Shown: positions 18,588-29,156, numbered from the stretch's first letter. The stretch is 64,000 nucleotides of DNA from Deltaproteobacteria bacterium (GCA_034670305.1 JAXMNT010000018.1:64001-128000); one strand, 5' to 3'. Program-made: numbers and translations. Notes: generated by a model not told the origin, from the sequence alone.

Positions 18588-19898
18588 TCAGTCCGCCGGT
18601 GGTGTCGCGGGCTCTGCCGGTGGCGGGCAGGCGAGGTCGACGATCGAGAGGGTCTCGGTCGCCGGGCCGTCGGTGCCCTGCTGCCGCGTCACCCGGATCC
18701 GGCCCGAGCCAGCGGAGGCCAAGCTCCAGCTCGCGACTTCTTCGATCGCGTTCAGATCTTCGCAGCAGTCCCAGTAGTCGGAGTACACGACGTCGTCGTC
18801 GCAGTCGCAGTCGACCCACTCGCCGTCGTAGTAGAACGTCAGCACCTCGACCGCGCCGTAGAGCACGGGGCGGCCGTCTTGCCAGCCGACGAAGCCGCGG
18901 ACGGTGCTGCCCATCTCGTTGGCGATGCCTTCTTCGCGTCCGTGCCACGCTTCCCGCACCTCGAAGTCGAGCTCGGGGCGGCCCCCCGCGATCCACTGCC
19001 GCGCGTGGACTTCGTCGTACTGATAGTCCGCGCCCTCGTCGGACATCACGAAACACGCATACCAAGCGTCGTCGTCCGGCACCGCGAGGAAGATGCCCTC
19101 CTCCATACCGAGCTCGCCCGACACGCCGCCCCGAAACAAGAACGGAGACGTCCCTTCGACGCCCTGGTTGGTCTCGGCGGTGTCCCGGCCGTAGTGCTGC
19201 GCGACGAGCGTCGCGAGGACCGTGTCGTCTGGACCACGGGCCGGACCGACGCAAGCGCGGGGGGCACAGGTCGAGCTCGGCGGCGGCGCATCAAGCGCGT
19301 CGAGCCGTCCCTGCACGACGCGGTTGCCCGGCCGCACCTCGAGCGACTCGCGGTAGTACGCCGCGGCCGCGGTGGGGTCGCTCTCTTCGGCCACCCGGCC
19401 GAGGTTGTAGAGGCACGCGCCGAGCGTGTTCGATTCGTTCTCCCGAACCTCGGCCCGCCGCCGCAACATCGCCGCGCCCCGCCGGAGCTCCGGACCGGCC
19501 AGCGCGAGGTTGCCGGCCTGGTAGTGTGCCCAGCCGAGTTCACAGCGCGCCGACGCGCTGTCGTTTTTCGCGATCGACGCCTGGAACTGCGTCACCGCCT
19601 CCGCCCAGTCGCCCGCCCGCCCCGCCACTCGGCCGGCACGAAGCGCGGTCCGGGCTTCCCGTGTCTGGTCGAGTTCCGCCGGCGTCGGCGCGGCGGGTTT
19701 CGCCGGCGGCGTCGGCGCTTCGGCCGTGGTGGGCGCCGCGGTGTCCACCGTTTCCTCGGGTGGCGCTTCGTCCGGCGCGGTCTCCGTCGAAGGCGTCTCC
19801 GACGCTGCGACCGGCGCGGCCGGATCCGCATCGCCACAGCCATCGCACCCAACAGTCAGAACAAGGAACGTGAGGACCAGCCCAAGGGAAGTACGCAT
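18588..19898 (-). CDS. TPR-containing lipoprotein
   Basis: MRTSLGLVLTFLVLTVGC; TPR-like ARCELGWAHYQAGN and ACLYNLGRVAE; TAGCGT 7 nt upstream. Confidence 0.75.
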   Translation of the reverse strand: MRTSLGLVLTFLVLTVGCDGCGDADPAAPVAASETPSTETAPDEAPPEETVDTAAPTTAEAPTPPAKPAAPTPAELDQTREARTALRAGRVAGRAGDWAEAVTQFQASIAKNDSASARCELGWAHYQAGNLALAGPELRRGAAMLRRRAEVRENESNTLGACLYNLGRVAEESDPTAAAAYYRESLEVRPGNRVVQGRLDALDAPPPSSTCAPRACVGPARGPDDTVLATLVAQHYGRDTAETNQGVEGTSPFLFRGGVSGELGMEEGIFLAVPDDDAWYACFVMSDEGADYQYDEVHARQWIAGGRPELDFEVREAWHGREEGIANEMGSTVRGFVGWQDGRPVLYGAVEVLTFYYDGEWVDCDCDDDVVYSDYWDCCEDLNAIEEVASWSLASAGSGRIRVTRQQGTDGPATETLSIVDLACPPPAEPATPPAD

Positions 19899-19984
19899 GC
19901 GCAAGACGCTACACCAGAGTTCGAGAATCGGGATTGCATAAGGCACCGCCTCGGTGACCGTGCCCACGTATTCTCTTGCGCAGG

Positions 19985-20929
19985 ATGACCTTGAAGATCC
20001 CATGGTCCGTTGGACCCATCGAGCTGGTCGATGCGTCGGCAGACCGGCTACTCGTTCGGACCGCGGAGGGTCTGTGCGCCGCAGGTGCGGCTGGGTGGGA
20101 GAACCGTTCGGTAGTGGTACCTGCGGGGGACCTGGCGCACCGCCTCGACGACGGCCGTGTGGTCGTCCAAGTCGGAGAGCAGAGCGTTGCGTGGGACGGC
20201 GCTGGGTGCTCGGACCTTCCCGACCGGACCCGCGTCCTGGCAACACGTGGCGAGGAGTCGGTGCTGGTCCATTTCGCCGAACACAGCGGCATCACGCATC
20301 AGATCGGTGCGCGTCGTGTCGCTTTGGACGTGCCCGACTTCGTGGAGCCACTGCTGATCACGAACGGCGGTCGGCTCGGCATGATCGAGGACACCCGGAT
20401 CGTATTGGCGCTGCACTCGGAACTGGTCGTCGTCGACAAAGCAACATGCCGCGTCGCACGTCGGGCCGAGATGGCCGGACTCGTCTCTGGCCTGCAACCG
20501 TGCAGAGATCGTCTGCTCGTATGGGTCGATGCATTGAACGGTGAAGACTTCGTCTTGGAACTGAGACCAGAAGACCTAGTCGCTCAGCGACGGGTGACGT
20601 GGCCGCCAAGTCTGGGCTCGGCGCTGTTCGCGTTGGTCCTTCCGGACGGGAGTCTCGTCTGCAGGGACGGCGACGGATGGAAGCTCGGCTTGGTGTCGAA
20701 CATCTGGCACCCCCGCGTCGAGAACCGGTGGGTCGCACTCGACTGGGACCGTCGACCGCCGGAGGCCCTGGTCGATGTTCATCCTCCGTGCCCGCATTTC
20801 CCCGAGGCCATGGCGCTCCCGTATCAGAACGGTGTCGTCGTGCCCTCGCGCTGCGGAGGATGGCTGTGGGTCGAAGTCGAACGCGGTCACGTCCAAGACG
20901 AGTTGTTGCTGATCGAGCGCACGGCGTAG
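19985..20929 (+). CDS. hypothetical protein (beta-rich)
   Basis: Only non-shadow-looking ORF between the flanking genes. Confidence 0.5.
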   Translation: MTLKIPWSVGPIELVDASADRLLVRTAEGLCAAGAAGWENRSVVVPAGDLAHRLDDGRVVVQVGEQSVAWDGAGCSDLPDRTRVLATRGEESVLVHFAEHSGITHQIGARRVALDVPDFVEPLLITNGGRLGMIEDTRIVLALHSELVVVDKATCRVARRAEMAGLVSGLQPCRDRLLVWVDALNGEDFVLELRPEDLVAQRRVTWPPSLGSALFALVLPDGSLVCRDGDGWKLGLVSNIWHPRVENRWVALDWDRRPPEALVDVHPPCPHFPEAMALPYQNGVVVPSRCGGWLWVEVERGHVQDELLLIERTA

Positions 20930-20933
20930 TTGG

Positions 20934-21701
20934 CTAGCTCGGGATGCCGAGGCCGGGCCAGAGCACTCGGTCTTCTTCGATCTCGCGCATGAACCACTCG
21001 TGGTGGCCGCGGGCGAGGACCCACTCGATGCGGTCGCCGCGCCAGAAGATCTTCTTGCGTTCGACGTCGAGCGCCGAGGGATCGGAGAGGTACTCCTTGG
21101 TGCGGCTGAGATCGCCGGCGAAGAGTGCGTCGGCGCGGCAGCGTTTGTACCAGCCGAGCAACTTTGGAAACCGCGCGCCGTCGATGGGCACGCCGAGCAG
21201 CTTTGTCGCGGACAGGTGCGGGAAGAGCGCCATGTCCGCGACCGAGACCTCTCCGCAGACGAAGTCGCCTTCGAGCGCGGCTTCGAGCGCTTCGTAGATC
21301 GTGTCCATGTCCGCGCGTGCGGCATCGAGCAGGCCCTGGGGACGCTGGTCGTTTCGAATCGCCCAGGTCCAATACGAGATGTCGATCAAGATGGGATCGA
21401 TGGTCGAGTCCGCGCACCGCTCCCACGCGCGCGCCTTCACCCAACCGGCATGGTCCGCCGGAAACACCGGCCGCTCGGGAAACACCCGCTCGAGGTACGC
21501 GACGATGTCGGCCGAGTTCACCACGACCACTCCGTCGTGCACGATCGTCGGCACTTCGACCCGCCCGTTGACCCCCAGCAGCTGGTCTCGGTTGCCGAGG
21601 CTCAACCCATCGATCGCTTCGTACTCGATGCCTTTGTGCTCGAGCACCATGCGCACCTTGCGGGCAAACGGACTGAACGCGTTCTCGTAGAATGTCAGCA
21701 T
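20934..21701 (-). CDS. glutathione S-transferase family protein
   Basis: SPFARKVRMVLEHKGI, VPTI, NSADIVAYL, SVADMA. Confidence 0.92.
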   Translation of the reverse strand: MLTFYENAFSPFARKVRMVLEHKGIEYEAIDGLSLGNRDQLLGVNGRVEVPTIVHDGVVVVNSADIVAYLERVFPERPVFPADHAGWVKARAWERCADSTIDPILIDISYWTWAIRNDQRPQGLLDAARADMDTIYEALEAALEGDFVCGEVSVADMALFPHLSATKLLGVPIDGARFPKLLGWYKRCRADALFAGDLSRTKEYLSDPSALDVERKKIFWRGDRIEWVLARGHHEWFMREIEEDRVLWPGLGIPS

Positions 21702-21788
21702 GGCCGACAGACTACGCGCTCGCGCGCGGGGATGCAGTCGATGGTAAGATCTCCATACGACGGCCATCCCCGCCCTCTGGTGTAGGCG

Positions 21789-23135
21789 ATGGCTTCGTTC
21801 GTAGGCGGTCCTTGGATGCAGACGATCCCAGAGGAAGAAGAGGTCGAAGAGGTCGATCCGCTGCTCGGGGCCGTGCTCGCGGACACCTATCGGCTCGACG
21901 CGCTGCTGGCCGAGGGCGGCATGAGTCGCCTCTACCGCGGCTACCACTTGCGGCTCGAGCAGCCCGTCGCGGTCAAGGTGAGCACCGCGTCACGCTCCGG
22001 CCGGTCGTCCTCCGCCGAACGGGCCGCCCGCGAAGCGCGGATCCTGGCCGGCATCCGCAGCGACCACGTCGTGCGGGTGCTGGATCTCTGCGAGACGCCA
22101 GATCGTCGACCGGTGATGGTGACGGAGCTTCTCGAGGGCATGGACCTCGCGCAACGGATCGCGGAATCGAAGCGTCTGTCGCTCGACGCCGCGATCCACA
22201 TCGGCATCGGCATCTGCAGCGGCGTGGCTTTGGCGCACGCGCGTGGTCTGGTGCACCGCGACCTGAAGCCGTCGAACATCTTCCTTGCCCGGGACGGCGA
22301 GGACGAAGTCGTGAAGGTGATCGACTTCGGGGTCGCCAAGCAGGAAGGCGCCGCGACGTTGACGCAGGACGGCGCGTTCCTCGGCACGCCCAGTTTCATG
22401 GCGCCCGAACAGGCCTCGCGTCCTTCGGACGTGGACGCGCGCGCGGACATCTACGCCGTCGGCGCGATCCTCTACAACATGGTCGCCGGGGTCATGCCGT
22501 ACGGAACGCACGAACCCCACAAGACCTTGATGCTCTTGATGACCGAACCGCCCCCCGCCCTCGACTCGGTTGCGAAGGACATCCCGCCCGCGTTCGTGGA
22601 AGTCGTGGAGGCCGCCATGGCGCGTGCGCCCGAAGACCGCGTCGCCACCGCCGCGGAGCTCGGCCGCCGACTCGAACAACTGCGCGGCGCGATTGGGACC
22701 GCACCGGGCGTGCGATGGGCCCGGCTGCGCGCGCTCATCACCGCACTCGTCGCGGCCGTCGCGGCTGGCACCTGGGCTGCGGCGCTCGCGTGGGTGGTCA
22801 CCGCAGGGTGGTCCGACGTGACCGAATGGAGCGGCACCGGCCAGCTCGCATTCCGCGCCATCGGACCGGCCGTCGCCCTCTTCGCGTCCGGCCTCTTCTT
22901 CCGCTCCGTCGCGCGCGCCTGGTCCAGCCGGAGCCGACTGCTCCAGACCACCACCCGCCTCACCCGATCCCTCGCGGTCGGCCTCTCCGTCTACGCCATC
23001 GCCTCGGTCGCCGGCATCGCCGCGCACGGATGGATCCTCGACGCCGCCGAACTCTTCCCCTTCGAACACCTGAGCAGCCTCCTGCTCGGCGCCACCGCCA
23101 CCCTCATCTACACCCTCCGCCGCAGGCGCACGTAA
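21789..23135 (+). CDS. Ser/Thr protein kinase with multi-TM C-terminus
   Basis: EGGMSRLY, VAVKV, HRDLKPSN, DFG, GTPSFMAPE; about 4 TM helices. Confidence 0.92.
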   Translation: MASFVGGPWMQTIPEEEEVEEVDPLLGAVLADTYRLDALLAEGGMSRLYRGYHLRLEQPVAVKVSTASRSGRSSSAERAAREARILAGIRSDHVVRVLDLCETPDRRPVMVTELLEGMDLAQRIAESKRLSLDAAIHIGIGICSGVALAHARGLVHRDLKPSNIFLARDGEDEVVKVIDFGVAKQEGAATLTQDGAFLGTPSFMAPEQASRPSDVDARADIYAVGAILYNMVAGVMPYGTHEPHKTLMLLMTEPPPALDSVAKDIPPAFVEVVEAAMARAPEDRVATAAELGRRLEQLRGAIGTAPGVRWARLRALITALVAAVAAGTWAAALAWVVTAGWSDVTEWSGTGQLAFRAIGPAVALFASGLFFRSVARAWSSRSRLLQTTTRLTRSLAVGLSVYAIASVAGIAAHGWILDAAELFPFEHLSSLLLGATATLIYTLRRRRT

Positions 23136-23177
23136 GCTCGGCGCCGAAGCCAGAAGCCCGCGCGGTATGCTGCGGCG

Positions 23178-23999
23178 ATGATCATCGACGCTTGGATTCA
23201 GCATCCGTCGCCACAGATGTTGGCCGACCCCATGTTCGATGCGATCAAACGCTGGGTCGGCGGGACCATGCCGGAGTCGATTCCGTTTTCGTTCACGCTC
23301 TCCCAGATGGACGCAGCGGGCGTCGACCAAGCGCTCGCGTGCGCGTGGCACGGACCGCAGGGCGCATTGATACGCAACGACGAGGTCGCCGCGCTGGTGG
23401 CGCACGCGCCGACGCGTTTTGTCGGGGTCGCGAGCGTCGACATCCGCAAACCCATGGAAGCGGTCCGTGAGTTGCGCCGCTGCGTGAAGGAGCTCGGGTT
23501 CAAAGCGCTTCGGCTCTTGCCCTGGCTCTGGGAGGCGCCGCCCGACGACCGCCGCTACTACCCGCTCTACGCCGAGTGCGTGCAGCTCGGCATTCCGTTC
23601 TGTCTCCAGGTCGGTCACGCTGGCCCGCTCTACCCCAGCGATCCCGGCCGGCCGATCCCGTATCTGGACCGCGTCGCGCTCGACTTTCCGGAGCTCGTGA
23701 TCGTCGGCGGCCACATCGGCTACCCGTGGACCGAAGAGATGATCGCGCTCGCGACCAAGTACGAGAACGTCTACATCGACACGAGCGCGTACAAGCCGAG
23801 CCGCTACCCCGAAACGCTGGTGAAGTTCATGCAGAAACGCGGGCGGACCAAGGTGCTCTTCGGAAGCAACTTCCCGATGCTCTTCCCCAAAGCGTGCCTG
23901 GACCAACTCGACCGCCTGGACCTCGACGACGAAGCCCGCGACCTGTTCCTCGGCGGCAACGCAGCGCGGGTCTTCGGTCTGCGCAGTCCACCGCGGTGA
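23178..23999 (+). CDS. amidohydrolase_2 family protein
   Basis: IIDAWIQH, QVGH, IVGGH, VLFGSNFP. Confidence 0.88.
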   Translation: MIIDAWIQHPSPQMLADPMFDAIKRWVGGTMPESIPFSFTLSQMDAAGVDQALACAWHGPQGALIRNDEVAALVAHAPTRFVGVASVDIRKPMEAVRELRRCVKELGFKALRLLPWLWEAPPDDRRYYPLYAECVQLGIPFCLQVGHAGPLYPSDPGRPIPYLDRVALDFPELVIVGGHIGYPWTEEMIALATKYENVYIDTSAYKPSRYPETLVKFMQKRGRTKVLFGSNFPMLFPKACLDQLDRLDLDDEARDLFLGGNAARVFGLRSPPR

Positions 24000-24142
24000 C
24001 GCGCGCCCACGCGCCCGAAGGTCACGCCCTGGGCGCTGGCGCGACCAACCCATGCGGGGCCTTTTGTGCCGCCTGGAACTCCGCGACGGCTTGGACCGTT
24101 CGCTCTGAAACCGCCGCATCGCGGCCAACCACGGAACACGAC

Positions 24143-24610
24143 ATGAAGATCGACATCGGCATCGAACAAGAGAAACGCGCAGAGATCGCCAAAGGGCTCT
24201 CCCGCGTGCTCGCGGACTCCTACACCCTCTACCTCAAGACCCACAACTTCCACTGGAACGTCACCGGTCCCATGTTCCAGACCCTGCACTTGATGTTCGA
24301 GACCCAGTACACCGAGCTCGCGCTCGCCGTGGATCTGGTCGCCGAGCGCATCCGCGCCCTCGGCTTCCCGGCGCCGGGCACCTACCGCGAGTTCGCGGAG
24401 CTCTCCGCCATCGACGAAGAAGTCGGCGTGCCCGCCGCGCAAGACATGATCCACAAACTCGTCGCCGCCCACGAGACCGTGGCGCGGACCAGCCGCGAGG
24501 TCTTCAAGATCAGCGAAGCCGTCAGCGACCAGCCCACCTGCGATCTGCTCACCCAGCGCATGCAGGTCCACGAGAAGACCGCGTGGATGCTGCGCAGCCT
24601 GCTCGAGTGA
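24143..24610 (+). CDS. dps: Dps family protein
   Basis: KTHNFHWNVTGPMFQTLHLMFE, DLVAERIRALG, HEKTAWML. Confidence 0.95.
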   Translation: MKIDIGIEQEKRAEIAKGLSRVLADSYTLYLKTHNFHWNVTGPMFQTLHLMFETQYTELALAVDLVAERIRALGFPAPGTYREFAELSAIDEEVGVPAAQDMIHKLVAAHETVARTSREVFKISEAVSDQPTCDLLTQRMQVHEKTAWMLRSLLE

Positions 24611-24798
24611 GGGGTCCCGCACGGCGGGGAGTCAAGGGCGGCAGCCTTAGATGTCGAACCAGAGTCGTGAACAGCGTGAGCGTTGCGCGAGCCCGACGTC
24701 TTCCATCTCGCATCCATGCAGCACGGGAACGCGCCGGCCAGCCCGCGCAGGGTGGAAGAACGTACGAGCACGTCCATCGTGCGCGCGCCCATCCAAGC

Positions 24799-25067
<269 letters not shown>

Positions 25068-25278
25068 AGTCGCAGGTCGTCCAACAAACACAACAAAACA
25101 GGCCCGAAACGGCCTTCGCACGATCACGGACGACCACAGACGGACACCAAGGACAGTCCCCCGCTCCACCCAACAGCGCTCCACACTTAGGACTCACGGT
25201 CCATCTCCATGGCGGATTGCGGAACACGGTTGGTAGCTCGCGTTCTGGAGCAACGACGTATCCAGAACTTCGTGGCGA

Positions 25279-27414
25279 TCAGTAGCCGATGCGCGCTGCC
25301 GCTTTCGAGAGCCGTGCCGCTACGTGGTCCCAAGGATCGTCTTCCGCCCGCTTGAAGGCAACTGCCATCGCTTCCGCTGCCGCCGCGAGTTCGGGCATCT
25401 CACCCTTGTACGTTGAAGCGAGGCGCTGAAGCTTGCCCACCGGCGCCTTCCCAATGACGTCGTGTGCCGCCTTCCGATGCTCGCGGAGCAAGCTGCTGAT
25501 GACCTGCGCGTGTGCTGCCGCGTCGATGAGTGTGAGGAGCGGTTGTTCCTTCCTCTTGTGCTCGCGGAGCTGGCGCAGGTGGACCAGGGTCGTTTCGGCC
25601 TTCTTCCGTTCTCCTCGCGCAGCTTGGATTCGAGCCAGATGCCGACGCAGGCCATGCGCGGGATACGGCTTGTCGTCATCGGTCACCCAATCGAGCGCGT
25701 CGAGCTTCGCTCGGTCCACTGCAGCGCCCAGCTCTTCGAGATCGCCCGACGGGTTCTCCAGCATGTGAGCCACCAGTCGGGCCCAGTGCAGCGCACCGAA
25801 GCCCTGAGGGATGCCCGTGAGCCGGTTGACCTCATCGGCGATGGCAGTGTGGCTCGGGTCAACACCGAGTGCGGTCGCCAGGTGCGCCAGTGCGCAATCG
25901 AAGTCGCCGGCGTACGTCTCGAGCTGGGCGCGGTATTGATGCTGCTGGGCGACGTCGTGGGGTGCGTCGAACTCCGCGAGTGCTGCTTCACTCAGCGCTC
26001 TCGCTTTGGCGAAGGCCTCCGGCTCACGGAGCCCCCGGTACATCTCGGCTTGCATCGCGGTTCCCAGCGCTCGCGCACGTTGGTCGGAGCCGACCTCCTC
26101 AGGGAAGACTTCCGGTAGGAGGGTGTTGAAGAGGCTGCCAAGCTCGCCGTAGTAGTCCGCGACCAAGCGGGCCCGCCGCGACGCCACCTCGTGCTCGAAG
26201 CAATCGGTGAGGTGGACTGCTTGGTGGGTGAGCGCGTCGAGGATCGGCTCGGCGTGCTCCCAGCGTCCCCCGAGTTCGTGGACAGCGTCGTCGATCGCTT
26301 TGCACGCTTCGCGCGCGGTCTTTGGCTCGCCTGCATGGTTGGCGGCAGTCAGGTCGTATCTGTGTACGACCAATCGATGCGCCGCGAGTGCCGGGTCGCG
26401 TTCAGGCACCCACTTCTGCAATGGCTTCATCACGTCCTTCTGAATCCACTGGATCAGCTGTTTCGCGAGGACCGAATCGCGGCGCTCCTCGGCGACCGAG
26501 TGGAGCCAATCCTCGAGAGCACGAAGCTGAATGCGTCGAGACGCCGCCGGCAACATGCCGAGCTGTTCGAGGAGTTTCGCCCGCAAGCTGCTGAGTCGCC
26601 GGCGGGGTTCGTCCATGAGTCGATCCGCGACGAGCTCTTCCCCGACTGCACGTAGTGCAAGTCCTACGGCGCCTTCTTCCGCTGCGGCGCGGGCACGTCG
26701 TTCCACGTCGACCGAAGCCACGCTGACGTCGTACTCACCAAACGCACTACGAACGGTGCGCTTGGCGGACTCGCCCAGTCTATAGTACCCATCATGGCTC
26801 GCGTTGCTCAGAACGTCGCAGATCTGGAGCCGCCGATCAGTGCGACCAGATCCCAGCTCCACACCCTCAACTTGCCAGAGTGCCGATGTCGCCGCGTGGC
26901 CGCGGCGGGCACTGACGTCGCCGAGTCGGCTACGAACGGCTGAGAGGTATCGGTTGCGCTCGATCTGAACTCCGCCCTTCACCATGTAGCGCGCGGCGAA
27001 GAGTCTGAGTGTGACCTGCTCTCCGCTTACCGATGGCGCGAGCCGTTCGAAGATCCGCGCACAGAGTTCCGCGACCAGCGTGACGTAGGTGTTGGAGATC
27101 GAGTCTTCGGCCAGGCGCTCGCGGTTCTCGAAACGGACGGGCTGCCAACCCAGCTCCACGACACCGTTGGCGACCTCAGTGGCGAGCGTGTCGTAGCGTT
27201 CACCACGGCCGAGTTCCGTCGCGTGTAGCAGCTTCTCGAGAGTGCTGCCGTTCGCGCCTGTTGCAGCACGGAGGAGTGCTTCCGCCCGCTTCTCGGTCAC
27301 GTGACCGGCCGGGCCGAAGAAGCCGACCAACTGACTCGCGAACGGGACGTCTCCGTCTCTCTCTCCCTCTTCGAACTTCCCGCTCTCGTCCAAGCACAAC
27401 TGATAGGTCTTCAT
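25279..27414 (-). CDS. DUF3800-like RNase H-fold domain fused to a long helical/TPR-like region
   Basis: N-terminal LCLDESG, LHATE and LQICD motifs, then ~500 aa Ala/Leu-rich helices; ATG 27414. Confidence 0.65.
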   Translation of the reverse strand: MKTYQLCLDESGKFEEGERDGDVPFASQLVGFFGPAGHVTEKRAEALLRAATGANGSTLEKLLHATELGRGERYDTLATEVANGVVELGWQPVRFENRERLAEDSISNTYVTLVAELCARIFERLAPSVSGEQVTLRLFAARYMVKGGVQIERNRYLSAVRSRLGDVSARRGHAATSALWQVEGVELGSGRTDRRLQICDVLSNASHDGYYRLGESAKRTVRSAFGEYDVSVASVDVERRARAAAEEGAVGLALRAVGEELVADRLMDEPRRRLSSLRAKLLEQLGMLPAASRRIQLRALEDWLHSVAEERRDSVLAKQLIQWIQKDVMKPLQKWVPERDPALAAHRLVVHRYDLTAANHAGEPKTAREACKAIDDAVHELGGRWEHAEPILDALTHQAVHLTDCFEHEVASRRARLVADYYGELGSLFNTLLPEVFPEEVGSDQRARALGTAMQAEMYRGLREPEAFAKARALSEAALAEFDAPHDVAQQHQYRAQLETYAGDFDCALAHLATALGVDPSHTAIADEVNRLTGIPQGFGALHWARLVAHMLENPSGDLEELGAAVDRAKLDALDWVTDDDKPYPAHGLRRHLARIQAARGERKKAETTLVHLRQLREHKRKEQPLLTLIDAAAHAQVISSLLREHRKAAHDVIGKAPVGKLQRLASTYKGEMPELAAAAEAMAVAFKRAEDDPWDHVAARLSKAAARIGY

Positions 27415-27545
27415 GTCGTCCCCCGCTTCGTTCCATTGCATGGCGCGTAGGCCTCGGCCTTGTGCCGGCCAGCCCCTCGCGCGACTACCCCAACGCGTAG
27501 GCTAGTACGCGGGCTCCTTGAACTGGAGGCGTCCGACTCGTGAGG

Positions 27546-27574
27546 TGTCAGGTCTTGATTCGCAGAACGTCTAC
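27546..27574 (+). promoter_or_regulatory. putative ECF-sigma promoter TGTCAG-N16-CGTCTAC
   Basis: Same motif recurs at 29157-29186; both end 5 nt before an ATG. Confidence 0.55.
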
Positions 27575-27579
27575 TCGGC

Positions 27580-29124
27580 ATGGACATGACCCCACTCGCC
27601 CAGCTCTTCTCTCACCTCGTCGTGGGGCCCGCGCTCGGTTCGGGCGGGGCTTCGCCGATCCGGTTCTTTCCGCTCGTCTCGGCCGGTGCATCGGCGCGCA
27701 CGCCGGTCGCGCTCACGTTCTCGGAAGCGGTCGCACGAGGGGCCACGGCGCGCGAACTCGCGGACAATCCGAAGGTTGGGTTCATCGCGCTTCACAATCC
27801 GCTGCCGGTGCCGGTCGTCCTCTTCCAGGGCGACCTGGTGGTGGGGTGCAAGCAGGATCGCATTGCGGTCCACACCGTGGTGGTGCCTCCGAACGGCACC
27901 CTGGAGGTCGAGGTGTGCTGCGTGGAAGCCGGGCGCTGGCAGGACGAGCGTCGCGACGAACGCTTCGACGTGAGCGACTTCTCCGCGCCGGGTTCGATGC
28001 TCCGCACGATGAAGACCCATGTACGTGCGAAGGAGCCGGGCGCTCGACAGCAGCGCGTCTGGAAAGACGTCGCGGAGATCGTCTCGGAGACCCGGACCCG
28101 TACGTCGACCGGGACCCTCACCTCGTCGTTCGAGCTGCTCGGCGTCCCGATCGAAACGCTTCTCGAAGGCGTGGAGCCAGTGGTCGACCAGGTCGGGGTG
28201 GTCGTCGCGATCGGCGACCGCATCGAACACATCGTCGTCGTCGATGCCCCAGCGACCTACGCGCACTTGCACCGACGGCTCGCACGCGGTCACGCGCTCG
28301 ACGTGCTTCGTCGTCCCCAACGTCCATGCAGTGTCACCGCGCCCGAGGTCACCGAAGTCCTCGCCTGTGCCGGCGCCTCGCCGATGTCGGTCGATCAGGA
28401 CCAGTCCCGTCTGCGCACCGACGACCCGCTGCCATCTCACGGCAAAGACTCTCGGCGGATCCGCTTCGAAGGCGACGCGACCACGCACGCGGGCACGTTC
28501 GTACACGTCAGTCTGCACACGCCCACCCGCGAGAGCCTCTCCGAGCGTGGCTTCCGAGTGCGCACGTCGATGACCGATCCAATCGGCGTCGGCTGGATCG
28601 ACCTCGCTGGGCTCATCGGTTCGCAGTCCGAACGCAAAGGCCGCCTCGGCCTCACCTTTGCGCCGGGCAAACGCGCGTCGAGCCTGTCTGGAACCAGTTG
28701 GGTCCGTGACCTCGAGCTCGACCTTCTCCGACTGCGCCACGCCCACCACGTCGAACACCTGGTGTGCCTCGTGACCGACCGAGAGCTGCGCGCGCTGCAC
28801 ATGGGCGGCTACATCGAAGCCGTCCGCCGCCACGGCGTGACACTGCACCGGCTCCCGATCGTCGATGGCCGCGTTCCGTGCAACCTCGATGCGTTGCGTG
28901 CCGTGCTCACAGAGCTCGCCGACATACTCCGCGCGGGTGGGACCGTGGTCGCGCACTGTCGGGGAGGCCTCGGTCGTGCTGGCACCTTCGGCGCGTGCCT
29001 CGCGATGCAACTCGGCGCGAGTGGACCCGAAGCGCTCGACCTTGTGCGTGCGGCCCGCGGCCACAACTGCCCCGAGAACGAAACGCAGCGCCGGTTCGTA
29101 CTCGACTTCGCCACCGCGGCGTGA
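27580..29124 (+). CDS. ARPP-1 (DUF6569)-like domain fused to a CDKN3/PTP-like phosphatase
   Basis: VLFQGDLVVGCKQDRI...VEVCCVEAGRW; C-term GLTFAPGK, RDLELDL, PIVDGRVP, HCRGGLGRAG (CX5R), ENETQ. Confidence 0.8.
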   Translation: MDMTPLAQLFSHLVVGPALGSGGASPIRFFPLVSAGASARTPVALTFSEAVARGATARELADNPKVGFIALHNPLPVPVVLFQGDLVVGCKQDRIAVHTVVVPPNGTLEVEVCCVEAGRWQDERRDERFDVSDFSAPGSMLRTMKTHVRAKEPGARQQRVWKDVAEIVSETRTRTSTGTLTSSFELLGVPIETLLEGVEPVVDQVGVVVAIGDRIEHIVVVDAPATYAHLHRRLARGHALDVLRRPQRPCSVTAPEVTEVLACAGASPMSVDQDQSRLRTDDPLPSHGKDSRRIRFEGDATTHAGTFVHVSLHTPTRESLSERGFRVRTSMTDPIGVGWIDLAGLIGSQSERKGRLGLTFAPGKRASSLSGTSWVRDLELDLLRLRHAHHVEHLVCLVTDRELRALHMGGYIEAVRRHGVTLHRLPIVDGRVPCNLDALRAVLTELADILRAGGTVVAHCRGGLGRAGTFGACLAMQLGASGPEALDLVRAARGHNCPENETQRRFVLDFATAA

Positions 29125-29156
29125 CCGGGACGCTCGGCCACTTTCGCAGCGCGAGT

